A DNA stretch of 63,687 nt, counting the filler. It is 7 parts of 7 records of this genome, joined end to end, with 100 filler letters (N's around TTAATTAATTAA, not from the genome) between each part and the next. Parts side by side here need not be neighbours in the genome. Positions count along the whole stretch, not along the records: positions 29,320 to 50,295 come from SRR22947725_1417; 6 more parts are not named here. One strand, given 5' to 3'. Both the position numbers and the translations under genes were made by a program. The notes below the pieces were generated by a model. That model was not told the origin of the DNA, did not search any database, and was given only the letters and a program-made list of their open reading frames with translations. Position 1 is the first letter of the stretch; every line of letters begins with the position of its first letter. Shown one piece after another: positions 39,969 to 49,625 of the stretch.

Positions 39969-41201
39969 CTAATTGTAAGTCTTAAAAGAAAGAGGTTTTG
40001 GAGTTTGTATTCCCGCTTTAATTACACCTTTTCCGTCGTAACCGAGTTTGCTTGAAGGGTCGTAAGGACGACCATCACAAAAATCACATCCTGGAAAAAA
40101 TTTTGCAATTTTGACTAGTCTTTTGATTTGTTTTTTAATTTCATTTTTAGAAAACAAATCAACATAATCAGATGGATTATCTGGTATTGCGTTTAAATTT
40201 GCTGCGTTTGCAATAAATGGACATCTATATAATTTTCCATTCAGCAATGTGTAAAGATATTTTACACAGCATTGCTTAAATACCTCTGTTAATTTAGCGG
40301 CTGATCTTTTGTGATGCCTGATGCTGCTGCAGTCAACCCAATTATCAGCTGGTGTTGATGAAAAATTTATATCAAATTTATTTAATTGGCTATGTAAATT
40401 TTCAAGGTTTCTAGATAGCTTTCCGTATTCAGTAATAATGAAATTCACATTTTTATTTTTCTCAAAAGGAGCAAGTTTTTCATCTTTAGGAGCAATCGTT
40501 CCATTTGTATAAATAAAAACTTTTCTTTCTGGATTTTTATCAATTATGCCTTTAACAATTAAATCCCAATTTCTATTCATTAATGGTTCACCTCCAATTA
40601 CCCTGAATTCTGAAATATAATCTACATTATCATTTAAAATTTCAATGGCTTCAATAGTTTTATTACCATCACTATTTTCAGGTTTAATATAATATTGCAT
40701 TAAATTAGAACAGCTTTTGCACTTTAAAGAACATCTTTCCGTAATCATAACGTCTACACTTCTCATATACAGTTTATCTGTATCAAAAAATACCTCATGA
40801 CTTTTTTTATAAACCGATAATCTAGTTTTCATAAATTCTTGAGATATTTGATGACTATGATTAGTTACGTCATAATTTTTGATAAGCTCTAAACCAGAGT
40901 AAAGATCATAGTATCCCAGTCCATTTAATTGCTCAGAAATATCTTGTACTTGTTGTGTCGCAATTATAATTCTAGCTTTTGGAAATTTATTTGGTAAATC
41001 AGGTGTATGCACAATTTCTAAATTACAAAACTTCTCACTTATTTTACGTTTTTCACTATCACAAAATGCAACTACATTTATTCCAACATCACGACAAGCG
41101 TAGGTGATTGCCTCAGCTTCTTTTAACGCTGCCGCTATTATTACAGGTGGGCCTTCTTTCTTTAAAGCTTTGATACAATTTTTATTTACATTTATTAGCA
41201 T
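39969..41201 (-). CDS. Radical SAM protein with N-terminal Rossmann-like domain
   Basis: CSLKCKSC, IGGEPL, TNGT; C-terminal CC...L.NGKLY.CP and CDFC; N-terminal V.AFCD...K...IIIAT domain. Confidence 0.88.
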   Translation of the reverse strand: MLINVNKNCIKALKKEGPPVIIAAALKEAEAITYACRDVGINVVAFCDSEKRKISEKFCNLEIVHTPDLPNKFPKARIIIATQQVQDISEQLNGLGYYDLYSGLELIKNYDVTNHSHQISQEFMKTRLSVYKKSHEVFFDTDKLYMRSVDVMITERCSLKCKSCSNLMQYYIKPENSDGNKTIEAIEILNDNVDYISEFRVIGGEPLMNRNWDLIVKGIIDKNPERKVFIYTNGTIAPKDEKLAPFEKNKNVNFIITEYGKLSRNLENLHSQLNKFDINFSSTPADNWVDCSSIRHHKRSAAKLTEVFKQCCVKYLYTLLNGKLYRCPFIANAANLNAIPDNPSDYVDLFSKNEIKKQIKRLVKIAKFFPGCDFCDGRPYDPSSKLGYDGKGVIKAGIQTPKPLSFKTYN

Positions 41202-41225
41202 AACATTTTATACACCTAGATTTAT

Positions 41226-42374
41226 TTATTTAACAGGAAATTTTTTCACCCATTCATTGTTTTTTTTTTTCCACAAATTATGATTTCTCCAAGCTTCGGC
41301 TATATCCCAAAATTTATCCTCCGATAAATTGGCAAATTCTAAAAATTCTTTAAAATATAAACTAGGAAACTCTGTGTCATATTTATGAACTAGTGCAACA
41401 GCTTCTTCTCTTGTGATATATCCTTCTCTTACTTCTCTAGCAGCATTTGCCGTACATCGACCATGTCCAAATTTCAATAAAGCAAACCATTGATGGAATG
41501 GATCCATTTTATCATCTATCGAAGAATACTTTGTATACGTTCCTTCTGTTCTTCTAGTGTTAGGTTGAAACCCAGTATTCTTAGTAGCATAATAAAAATT
41601 GCTATGATTAGACCAGTTTTTAAAATATCCGTAAAAGTAAGAGTCACAAACTTTGTTATCAAAATCTTTTTCTTCAGCAGGATAAAAAAAACTTAGTTCT
41701 TCTTTAGTAAAGCCTTTATCTAACCAAAAGTCTAATGTGTAATTGGAAAAATAAACTTTTTTAAATTCCTCCATTGTTAGATATTTTTTATCCCAACTTT
41801 CTGGGGATCCCCCATATTCAGCTTCAGCATTTTCACCTCTGAAGATTAAATTAATTCCATATTTTAATGCAATTGTAACTGGAAATAAAACTTGACCATA
41901 AATAAAACCCTGAAAAGGATCTCCCATTTCAGTCATTGCTACTTTAGCTAATTTTTTTTTAACATCACCTTTAGGCATTCCCAAAATTATGTCAAAACCA
42001 CTATCGTTAAAACTATTTATATTTTTCCAACCAATTTCTGTATATCTTAAAGGTGACCAAGTAACTGTCAGTGGGTTCATTTTATATTTATGCTTAAGTT
42101 CGTGAGCAACATATGCCGAATCTTTTCCTCCGGATGACGGCACAACACAATCATATTGCCCATTTTTACTTCTGTGTTTTTCGAGAAGTTCAATTAACTC
42201 CTCCTCTCTTTTGCTAAAGTCTATTTTTTCTTTGTACTCAAAATACCTACATGCGCTACAAATTCCTTCTTTATCAAAAACAATTCTTGGTCTTTGATTT
42301 GAAACCACACATTTCTTACAAAAAATAACTTCCTTGGGTAAGTTATATTTTTTTGATACATCAATTTTTTTCAT
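41226..42374 (-). CDS. N-acetyl-sugar amidotransferase (WbuX/PseA/PtmG family), copy 2
   Basis: FC.KCV.SNQRP, C.AC, SGGKDS PP-loop, M.PL.VTW, GTY.KY.S.DD, G.GR. Confidence 0.9.
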   Translation of the reverse strand: MKKIDVSKKYNLPKEVIFCKKCVVSNQRPRIVFDKEGICSACRYFEYKEKIDFSKREEELIELLEKHRSKNGQYDCVVPSSGGKDSAYVAHELKHKYKMNPLTVTWSPLRYTEIGWKNINSFNDSGFDIILGMPKGDVKKKLAKVAMTEMGDPFQGFIYGQVLFPVTIALKYGINLIFRGENAEAEYGGSPESWDKKYLTMEEFKKVYFSNYTLDFWLDKGFTKEELSFFYPAEEKDFDNKVCDSYFYGYFKNWSNHSNFYYATKNTGFQPNTRRTEGTYTKYSSIDDKMDPFHQWFALLKFGHGRCTANAAREVREGYITREEAVALVHKYDTEFPSLYFKEFLEFANLSEDKFWDIAEAWRNHNLWKKKNNEWVKKFPVK

Positions 42375-42375
42375 T

Positions 42376-43047
42376 TTATTTTTTAACTGCTGAAATAATT
42401 ATTTCATTTTCAAAAGTATTGAATATTTTAAACATTGCACGTCCCACATCTTTTACTTCAAATCCACAACTTTTTATTATTTTTATAAAATTACTTTTAT
42501 TAGGAAAAAACATTTGAAGTCCATATTCATTGTCTTGGTGAGTGGTATAAATATTTTTTTTTTTATTAATAAGTTTATAATTATTTTTACCATCTAAATT
42601 TGAGTCAATTATTAATTTTCCATTTTTTTTTAAAAGTTTATTAAAAAATCTTACATATTTAACAGCGTTATCCTTTGTTCCTAGATTATTAAAAACAGAA
42701 AAACAAATAATATAATCAAAAACAGATGATTTATGTCTAAAAAAATTTTTATTTTTAGATAAATTCACTATTTTATAATTTTTACGAATCTTATTTAGTT
42801 TTATTTTTTTTCTAACTTTTTTTAAAGCATATTCTGAAATATCACAGAAAGTTACATGATATCCTTTTTTTAATAAATGAATTCCATTTGTACCTGGCCC
42901 GCAACCAAAATCTAATACATTACCTGATATTTGATTGAAAAATAATTTTTCAAGTCTTACTAGTTCTATACTTGGATAACCTTTATCGTATCCATCTTTA
43001 TAAGTAGACTCGTAAGAGTTTATTGTTTTCTTTGAAATTTTCATCAA
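42376..43047 (-). CDS. Class I SAM-dependent methyltransferase
   Basis: YPS..LVR, VLDFGCGPG, D.S..AL, FDYI, LK..G. Confidence 0.88.
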   Translation of the reverse strand: MMKISKKTINSYESTYKDGYDKGYPSIELVRLEKLFFNQISGNVLDFGCGPGTNGIHLLKKGYHVTFCDISEYALKKVRKKIKLNKIRKNYKIVNLSKNKNFFRHKSSVFDYIICFSVFNNLGTKDNAVKYVRFFNKLLKKNGKLIIDSNLDGKNNYKLINKKKNIYTTHQDNEYGLQMFFPNKSNFIKIIKSCGFEVKDVGRAMFKIFNTFENEIIISAVKK

Positions 43048-43997
43048 TATTCTTTTATTTTAGATACTAGATAATTCATTTTTTTTTTTAAATAAAAATT
43101 TTTTACATTTTCAATTATTAATTTTTTCCTTCTGAATAAATTTGTAGATATGCCAGCTTGGTGATCAGTCAAAATAAAGTTACTATTTGGATCGTAAATA
43201 ATTTTTTTATTCATTTTAAACGATCCTGTATTATCTATTCCAACACCCATAAATTTTTTCTTTTTTATAAAATTTTTAAGATCTTGTATTTTTATTGTTT
43301 GATCTCTTGATATATTAATAAAAAAACAATTTTCCCTCATATTTCTAAAAATACTTTTATCAAAAAAATTTTTTGTCTTTGATGTTAAAGGCAAAGAATT
43401 TATTATAATTTCATAATTTTTAACAATTTTTTTCAAGTTTTGTAATTTATAATTTTTTCTAACATATTTACTCATTACTCTGCTGTCATTCACTGAATCA
43501 ATCACTGCTCCAAAAGAAAATAATTTTTTAGCAATTTCCAATCCAATGCCTCCAAATCCAGTGATTAAAACTTTTTTATCTTTGATTTCAGTTGGTCTTA
43601 AAAAGTATTTTTCTCTGTCCAATGAAAATAAGCCTCTAGTAAGAGCCAGTAATAATGCCAAACAGTGTTCTGACACATTTGGACCTTGTATTTTTTTTCC
43701 TGATGTAAACTTAAAGTTATAAGATTTCATGTAAGGCAAGCACTCGTCGATACCTGCTCTAGATAAATGTAACCATTCAAGTTTTTTAAATTTTTTATGT
43801 TCTTTACTTAAAAATATTGACAAACTTTTTTTAACTGGCCATTCATATAGAACTACTAAAGCATTAATATCAATTGAACTAGTCTTAAAAAAATTTTTAT
43901 CAGTTATATTTATAAAATCAAAATTTTTATATTTTTTTTTAAAATCTTTGATTTCTTCTTCATTAAACCCTACTAAACCTAATTTTTTAAATTTCAT
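43044..43997 (-). CDS. D-isomer-specific 2-hydroxyacid dehydrogenase family protein
   Basis: AG.D, VSEH, GFGGIG, LPLT..T, INISR, T.H.AG. Confidence 0.85.
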   Translation of the reverse strand: MKFKKLGLVGFNEEEIKDFKKKYKNFDFINITDKNFFKTSSIDINALVVLYEWPVKKSLSIFLSKEHKKFKKLEWLHLSRAGIDECLPYMKSYNFKFTSGKKIQGPNVSEHCLALLLALTRGLFSLDREKYFLRPTEIKDKKVLITGFGGIGLEIAKKLFSFGAVIDSVNDSRVMSKYVRKNYKLQNLKKIVKNYEIIINSLPLTSKTKNFFDKSIFRNMRENCFFINISRDQTIKIQDLKNFIKKKKFMGVGIDNTGSFKMNKKIIYDPNSNFILTDHQAGISTNLFRRKKLIIENVKNFYLKKKMNYLVSKIKEY

Positions 43998-45191
43998 CTA
44001 TTTCCACACTGCAGATTTTAGAAACCATTTTCCGTCCTTTTTCTCCCATAAATGTTTAGGTCTAAATTTATCTATAATTTCATTAAATTTTTCCTCTGTT
44101 AAATCCAAATATTCTAAATTTTCTTTTAAAAATGTTTTTGGATATTCTCCGTCATATTTTCTTACTAAAGCAACTGCTTCATCTCTGTCGATAATTCTAT
44201 TTCTAACCTCCAACGCGGCATCATCAGTGCAGCGACCTCTACCTGTTTTTATAAACCAAGTATAATGATGCAAATCGTCAATTTTATCGTCTATTGAAGT
44301 GTATTTAGAATAAGTTCCATCTGATCTCTGTTCTCGAGGTTTAAAATTACTTTTTTCAGCAGCTAAATAATAGTTTGTATGTGGATTTTGATTTTCAAAA
44401 AAAGGTAAAACTAAATTTTCAATATCGTGTTTTATAAACTCTTTTTCCTCAATAGGCATATAAGGCTTCATATCATGCTCATTTATTCCATATTTTTTTA
44501 AATCATAATAATTGACACCCCCAAAAAATAAATCTTTTTTATTCTTATAAGTAAAAACTTTTGGATTTATAGAAACTCCACCCTGCCATAAATCATCGTC
44601 ACCAGCTTTTTCAGCTTGAGCATCTCCATACATAATAAATTTTATACCATGTTGAATTGCCACTTTTACTGGCCAATACAATTGACCTAAAGCAAATGGT
44701 TGAAAAGGATGTAATAAATTTTCAAAAGCCAGTCTTGTTAAAATTTTATGTACTTTGGGGTTTGGGGTAAAAAGGATGTTATCAAACCCGCTATTTATCC
44801 AGTTTTGAAAATTTTGATAACCAATATCTGTATACATATGTGGTGCCCATGTAACAGTAAGAGGATTCATTTTATACTTAGATTTCATTATATGTGACAC
44901 CCAAGAACTATCTTTTCCGCCACTTCCAGGAATTAAAATATCATAACTTCCATCATTTTTACGGAACCTATTACAAATTTCTTTTAATTGTTTCTCTTTT
45001 AAATCCCAGTTAATTTTTTTTTTTTTTTCAAAATATAAGCATGCTGAACAGATGTTGGTAGTTTGATTAAATGAAGTTCGATTTTTATAAGTTTCTTTTG
45101 CATCTTCATGCTGTATTGAACTAACATACCTTTGGTTAGACTCCACACATTTAGAGCAGAAAATTACTTTTTCATTTGTAAGTTTGTTCAT
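43998..45191 (-). CDS. N-acetyl-sugar amidotransferase (WbuX/PseA/PtmG family), copy 1
   Basis: FC.KCV.SNQR, C.AC, GSGGKDS, TWAPH.YT.IG, HPFQPF, GTYSKY.S.DD. Confidence 0.9.
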   Translation of the reverse strand: MNKLTNEKVIFCSKCVESNQRYVSSIQHEDAKETYKNRTSFNQTTNICSACLYFEKKKKINWDLKEKQLKEICNRFRKNDGSYDILIPGSGGKDSSWVSHIMKSKYKMNPLTVTWAPHMYTDIGYQNFQNWINSGFDNILFTPNPKVHKILTRLAFENLLHPFQPFALGQLYWPVKVAIQHGIKFIMYGDAQAEKAGDDDLWQGGVSINPKVFTYKNKKDLFFGGVNYYDLKKYGINEHDMKPYMPIEEKEFIKHDIENLVLPFFENQNPHTNYYLAAEKSNFKPREQRSDGTYSKYTSIDDKIDDLHHYTWFIKTGRGRCTDDAALEVRNRIIDRDEAVALVRKYDGEYPKTFLKENLEYLDLTEEKFNEIIDKFRPKHLWEKKDGKWFLKSAVWK

Positions 45192-45823
45192 ACTTTTAAA
45201 AGGTCTTTAATTGTGAATTTTAATAATTTAAGTCCGTTCATGCCGCTTTTTTCTGGATGAAATTGAAATCCGACGACATTGTTTTTTTTTACTATAGCTG
45301 GAAAGTTTATATCATAATACTTGCACTTTGCCATAATATTTTTATTATTAAGAGGGAATGCAATATAAGAATGGATAAAGTAAAAACTTCTTTCATTTAA
45401 TACAAGCTGTTCTTTTTTCAAGTTTTCCTTATTTTCAAAAATAATATTACTCCAGCTAATGTGAGGAACTTTTACATTTTTAATTTTACTTTTTTTATCT
45501 ATTTTTTCAATATTTCCTTCAATTAAATTCAAGCCATGGTGCTCGCCCATCTCAAAACTTTTGGTAAAAAGCATTTGCATGCCTAAACAAATTCCAATCA
45601 AAGGCTTTTGCTTAGACACTTCATTAAGAATAATATCGAACAAGCCTTTTTTTTTAAGCAAATCTATAGCATTTTCAAAAGCGCCAACTCCGGGGAGTAT
45701 TATCAAGTCTGCATTAATAATCTCTTCCTTTACATTTGAAACTAAATATTTTAAACCAATTTCATCTAGTGCTCTTTTTAAGCTTAGTATATTTCCGCAA
45801 CCATAATCCAAGATTAATATCAT
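45188..45823 (-). CDS. HisH-like glutamine amidotransferase (WbuY-type ammonia donor)
   Basis: DYG.GN, LPGVGAF, GICLGMQ, FYF.HSY, QFHPEKS; position beside the amidotransferase. Confidence 0.9.
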   Translation of the reverse strand: MILILDYGCGNILSLKRALDEIGLKYLVSNVKEEIINADLIILPGVGAFENAIDLLKKKGLFDIILNEVSKQKPLIGICLGMQMLFTKSFEMGEHHGLNLIEGNIEKIDKKSKIKNVKVPHISWSNIIFENKENLKKEQLVLNERSFYFIHSYIAFPLNNKNIMAKCKYYDINFPAIVKKNNVVGFQFHPEKSGMNGLKLLKFTIKDLLKV

Positions 45824-46575
45824 TGATTAAAATTTCTAACTTTTATTTCATTATCAATTGCGTATTGCCTAATTTCTCTAATAGTCATTTTTTTATAGTG
45901 CAACATATGAGCAATAGCTACTCCATTGGCTCCAGCTTTTTCAGCTTCTTTAATATTCTTAGTGTCACCAAAGCCTCCACTGGCAATGACTGGTATATTT
46001 ACTGAGTGAGAAACAGACCTTATTAGCTCATTATCAAATCCTTTGCGGGTTCCCTCCTGGTCCACTGATGTAAGTAAAACCTCTCCTGCTCCAAAATCAG
46101 CGGCTTTTTTAACCCAATCTATAACATCTAAATTAGTTTTTTCTCTTCCAGTTTCAACGTAAGCCTCCCATTTCTTTTCTGAAATTTTTTTTGCTTCGAC
46201 TGATAGTATCACTGCTTGAGAACCAAATCTTTTTGATAATGTATTGATGAGTTTTGGCTCTTGCACTGCTCGAGTATTAATTGCAATTTTATCTGCGCCT
46301 GAGTCAAATATTTTTAATGCATCATCTACACTTCTTATTCCACCTCCAACTGTAAATGGGATAAAAATTTTTTCACTAGCTAATTTAATAATTTCATGCA
46401 GGCTGTTTCTATTATATAAACTTGCAACCATATCCATAAATATTAGTTCATCTGCTCCACCTTTATAATATTCAATTGCAAAATCATTTGGATTTCCAAC
46501 AACTTTCAAACCTTCTAAATTAATAGCTTTAATAAGGTTTGGTCCTTTAATATCTAATCTTGCTATAATTCTCAT
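45820..46575 (-). CDS. HisF-like cyclase subunit (WbuZ-type ammonia tunnel)
   Basis: RIIARLDIKG.NL.K, GADEL, VGGGIRS, GAGE.LLTS.D.EGT..G.D, IASGG. Confidence 0.9.
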   Translation of the reverse strand: MRIIARLDIKGPNLIKAINLEGLKVVGNPNDFAIEYYKGGADELIFMDMVASLYNRNSLHEIIKLASEKIFIPFTVGGGIRSVDDALKIFDSGADKIAINTRAVQEPKLINTLSKRFGSQAVILSVEAKKISEKKWEAYVETGREKTNLDVIDWVKKAADFGAGEVLLTSVDQEGTRKGFDNELIRSVSHSVNIPVIASGGFGDTKNIKEAEKAGANGVAIAHMLHYKKMTIREIRQYAIDNEIKVRNFNQ

Positions 46576-46581
46576 TAAAAT

Positions 46582-47754
46582 CTATTTAACTCTTAAACTC
46601 AAAGAAGGGCTACTTGGCAAATTTATAGTTCTGTTAAAAACGTCCAATGAGTTGTTTATCTTATCGGATGGACAATTTTTAAACACCTTAAGTGTATGTA
46701 ATGGTCTCCAAGTATATCTAACGCCATATCCTTTTTTATTTAATAAATTAGAAAATTTATCTCTAGTTTTCTTACTAGAAAAAATAGCAATTATTAACCA
46801 ATAATTAATTTTTGATCCGACAGGTTCTTTAATTAATTTAATTCCTTTAAAGTCTTTGAATAAATCATAATAAGATTGAAAATTTTTTCTTTTAGCAATT
46901 AAAATTTTTTTTAAATTTTCGATTTGAGCACATCCAACTGCTGCTGATAAATTATTCATTCTATAATTGAATCCAACATAATCATGAAAGTGATCGTATC
47001 TTTTTTTTAATTTAGCATGAGTTGATAAATGCTTTAATTTTTTTGCTACATTTCTATTATTTGTAATAATTGAACCACCTGCTCCAGTAGTCAAAGTTTT
47101 ATTTCCATTAAAGCTCAAAATACCTATATCACCGAATGTTCCAAGGTGTTTACCTTTATAATAAGAGCCTACAGCTTCTGCGGCATCTTCAATTAAAATT
47201 ATATTAAATTTTTTACAAATTTTTTTAATTTCATAAATTTTACATGGTAAACCATAAACATGAACTACTATTAATGCTTTTATTCTTTTTTTTGAAAATT
47301 TATTAAAAGATTTATTGCCTCTTTTTTTTACTATTTTTTTTAAATAAATTTCCAACCTTTTTGGACAAACGCCAAAATTAGTTTTTTCTATATCAACAAA
47401 ATTAGGCGTTGCATTACAATATTTTACAGCATTAGCTGTAGCAACATAAGTAAAGCTAGGAAGCAAAACCTCATCATTTTCATTAATTTCATAATTATGC
47501 AAAGCCAAATGTAGTGCGGCAGTACCAGATGATGTTGCTATAGAATACTTGCTTTTTGTTATTTTACAAATTTTGTGTTCAAAGTTATCGACAAATTTTC
47601 CGACTGATGATACAAATCCAGTGTTTATACAATTAAGTAAATATTTTTTTTCATTTCCAAAGAAAATAGGATCGTGCAGTCTTTTACTTTTGTTTAAAAA
47701 AAATTGCTTCAATTTAAATGAAATTTTATCTAAATTTTTTTTATCAATAGTCAT
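46582..47754 (-). CDS. legC: LegC-family sugar aminotransferase
   Basis: LH.P.F.GNEK.YL..CI.T.FVSSVG.FV, EDAAE, SFNGNK..TTG.GG, HL.T.AK, NYRM.N. Confidence 0.8.
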   Translation of the reverse strand: MTIDKKNLDKISFKLKQFFLNKSKRLHDPIFFGNEKKYLLNCINTGFVSSVGKFVDNFEHKICKITKSKYSIATSSGTAALHLALHNYEINENDEVLLPSFTYVATANAVKYCNATPNFVDIEKTNFGVCPKRLEIYLKKIVKKRGNKSFNKFSKKRIKALIVVHVYGLPCKIYEIKKICKKFNIILIEDAAEAVGSYYKGKHLGTFGDIGILSFNGNKTLTTGAGGSIITNNRNVAKKLKHLSTHAKLKKRYDHFHDYVGFNYRMNNLSAAVGCAQIENLKKILIAKRKNFQSYYDLFKDFKGIKLIKEPVGSKINYWLIIAIFSSKKTRDKFSNLLNKKGYGVRYTWRPLHTLKVFKNCPSDKINNSLDVFNRTINLPSSPSLSLRVK

Positions 47755-47786
47755 TTTATTTTTATATATTTTTTGTGTTACTAGTA

Positions 47787-48569
47787 TTACAAAAAGAAAG
47801 GATCTTTTAAAATTTTAGCATTAAATTTTTTTGCTTTTAAGTCTATATTTTTATCAAAATATTTAATAAGCACCCTTTCATTAAAATTTATTTTTTTTGA
47901 ATATCTTATTTCTTTAGATTTATCTGCAGGAAGACTTTTAATTTCAAAGATAAATCTATCTTTTATTCTTTCTATTAACGAATTAAATGCTGATTTTACT
48001 GCTGACATTGTATATTCAAAAGGATTTTTGATATTTTGATCTGGCATAGCATGATACAAAATTTCACCATTATCTAAACCTTTAGAAAGCAAATGTATTG
48101 TTGATCCAACAAGATGAGGGTTTCCATCGTATAAAGCCCAAAAATTACAATCATTTCCTCTGTAATATGGCGAAACTCCGATGTGAATATTTATTGCTTT
48201 TTTTTTAGTAAGAAAATCGATCAAGTCACCTTTAATATAACTACTACCAAAAACTATATAAAGATCACTATTTAAAAAATCCGACAAAATTTCTAGATTA
48301 CATTTATTTAAATCTCCAGACAAAATGGATAAGATTTTAATATTATTTTGTGAATTTATATAACAGCTTCCAAAATACTTTTTCTGAGCCTCATTTACAT
48401 TATGAAAGTATTTCTGCATAATTTCAGTAGCAGGATAATAACCTGGAACCTCACCTGGAAAAATTGTGCCACATTCCTGTATAACAAATAAATCATCACA
48501 AATACCTGAAAGTAAATTTATTAAGTGATTATGTCTAAATCTATTTGCTGTAAAAAGAGTAATTTTCAT
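47787..48569 (-). CDS. Formyltransferase (N10-formyl-THF-dependent family)
   Basis: INIH.G.SP.YRG....FWA......G.TIH.....LD.G.I. Confidence 0.75.
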   Translation of the reverse strand: MKITLFTANRFRHNHLINLLSGICDDLFVIQECGTIFPGEVPGYYPATEIMQKYFHNVNEAQKKYFGSCYINSQNNIKILSILSGDLNKCNLEILSDFLNSDLYIVFGSSYIKGDLIDFLTKKKAINIHIGVSPYYRGNDCNFWALYDGNPHLVGSTIHLLSKGLDNGEILYHAMPDQNIKNPFEYTMSAVKSAFNSLIERIKDRFIFEIKSLPADKSKEIRYSKKINFNERVLIKYFDKNIDLKAKKFNAKILKDPFFL

Positions 48570-48577
48570 AATTTTAA

Positions 48578-49546
48578 TTAATTTTTATTTTTAATATCAA
48601 AAGGATCAATTCTCGCAATCTCTAGATTAGAGTTATTGATTTTTTTCATTTTTTTTTCCTTTTCTATCAACATGCTATCTTTAAATGCAAGTTTAATACC
48701 TAATTTTTTTAAGATATTTAGTGAATTATCATTATAACTTCCGCATGGATGGGAGGCTGTTTTAATATAGTCAATAGGTTTTTTAATAATTTTTGATAAT
48801 ATATTTATATTTTCAGTATATTCTTTTAATTGATCTTCATATGATAATTTCTCAATTTTAATTGGATGAGTATGTGAATGAAGACCAACCTTATGACCTA
48901 GCTTGTCTAATAAAATAATGTCGTCTTTATTCATAAATAAAGTAGAATATTTATCCTCTGCTTTAAAATTTTTTTTCTTCATTAAATTAAACATAATTTG
49001 TTCAAAAGATTTTTTTTCCTTAATAAAATCAGATCTAACTAATCTAAATTTTATATCTTCGATAGAATAAAATGGGTATCTTTTTTTTTTTTCTAATATA
49101 ATTTTTTCTTTTTTTTTAAAAAAATTTTTAAGATTTTGATTTAAGTTTTTATAAAACAAAATATAAAATTCATTAATATTTTGAAAATAGTTTGTTCTAA
49201 AATATCTAAAAATTTCTAAATTATCAGGTTTTCCTTCTAATACTGAGGAATAAACATAGAAAAAACTTTTTATCTTAAAGTCCTCTAAAATAGGTAAAGC
49301 AATATCAATTCCTGATTTATGAGCATCATCAAAAGTAAAACACACATGATTTTTTTTAAGTTTGCCCTCTAGAAGTTTTTCATAGAATATTTCTGCGTCT
49401 AATATATTTTTTCTACCAATAATTTTAATTATTTGACGAAAATCATCACTAGAAAGAGATCCATGAGCTTTTTTATGAATTTCTTTGTCATGAAATAAGT
49501 GAAAAACAACGCCATGATAAAAATTTTTTGAGTAAGCTTTAATCAT
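48578..49546 (-). CDS. Polysaccharide deacetylase family protein
   Basis: TFDDA, GLHSHTH, HP.G.Y, RID. Confidence 0.85.
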   Translation of the reverse strand: MIKAYSKNFYHGVVFHLFHDKEIHKKAHGSLSSDDFRQIIKIIGRKNILDAEIFYEKLLEGKLKKNHVCFTFDDAHKSGIDIALPILEDFKIKSFFYVYSSVLEGKPDNLEIFRYFRTNYFQNINEFYILFYKNLNQNLKNFFKKKEKIILEKKKRYPFYSIEDIKFRLVRSDFIKEKKSFEQIMFNLMKKKNFKAEDKYSTLFMNKDDIILLDKLGHKVGLHSHTHPIKIEKLSYEDQLKEYTENINILSKIIKKPIDYIKTASHPCGSYNDNSLNILKKLGIKLAFKDSMLIEKEKKMKKINNSNLEIARIDPFDIKNKN

Positions 49547-49625
49547 TTATTTAATTCTATTCTGAAAATTATTGAAAATACTAATTTAGTATTAAGATTG
49601 GTTAGATCTTTTTTTATTAAATCTT

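Noticed and set aside
45188-46575. hisH/hisF as histidine biosynthesis genes
   Set aside because: No other his genes are present; adjacency to a sugar amidotransferase marks them as glycan-locus paralogues
49577-49593. AATACTA-N3-TAGTATT hairpin between neuB and the deacetylase
   Set aside because: A weak AT-rich stem that is expected by chance at this composition
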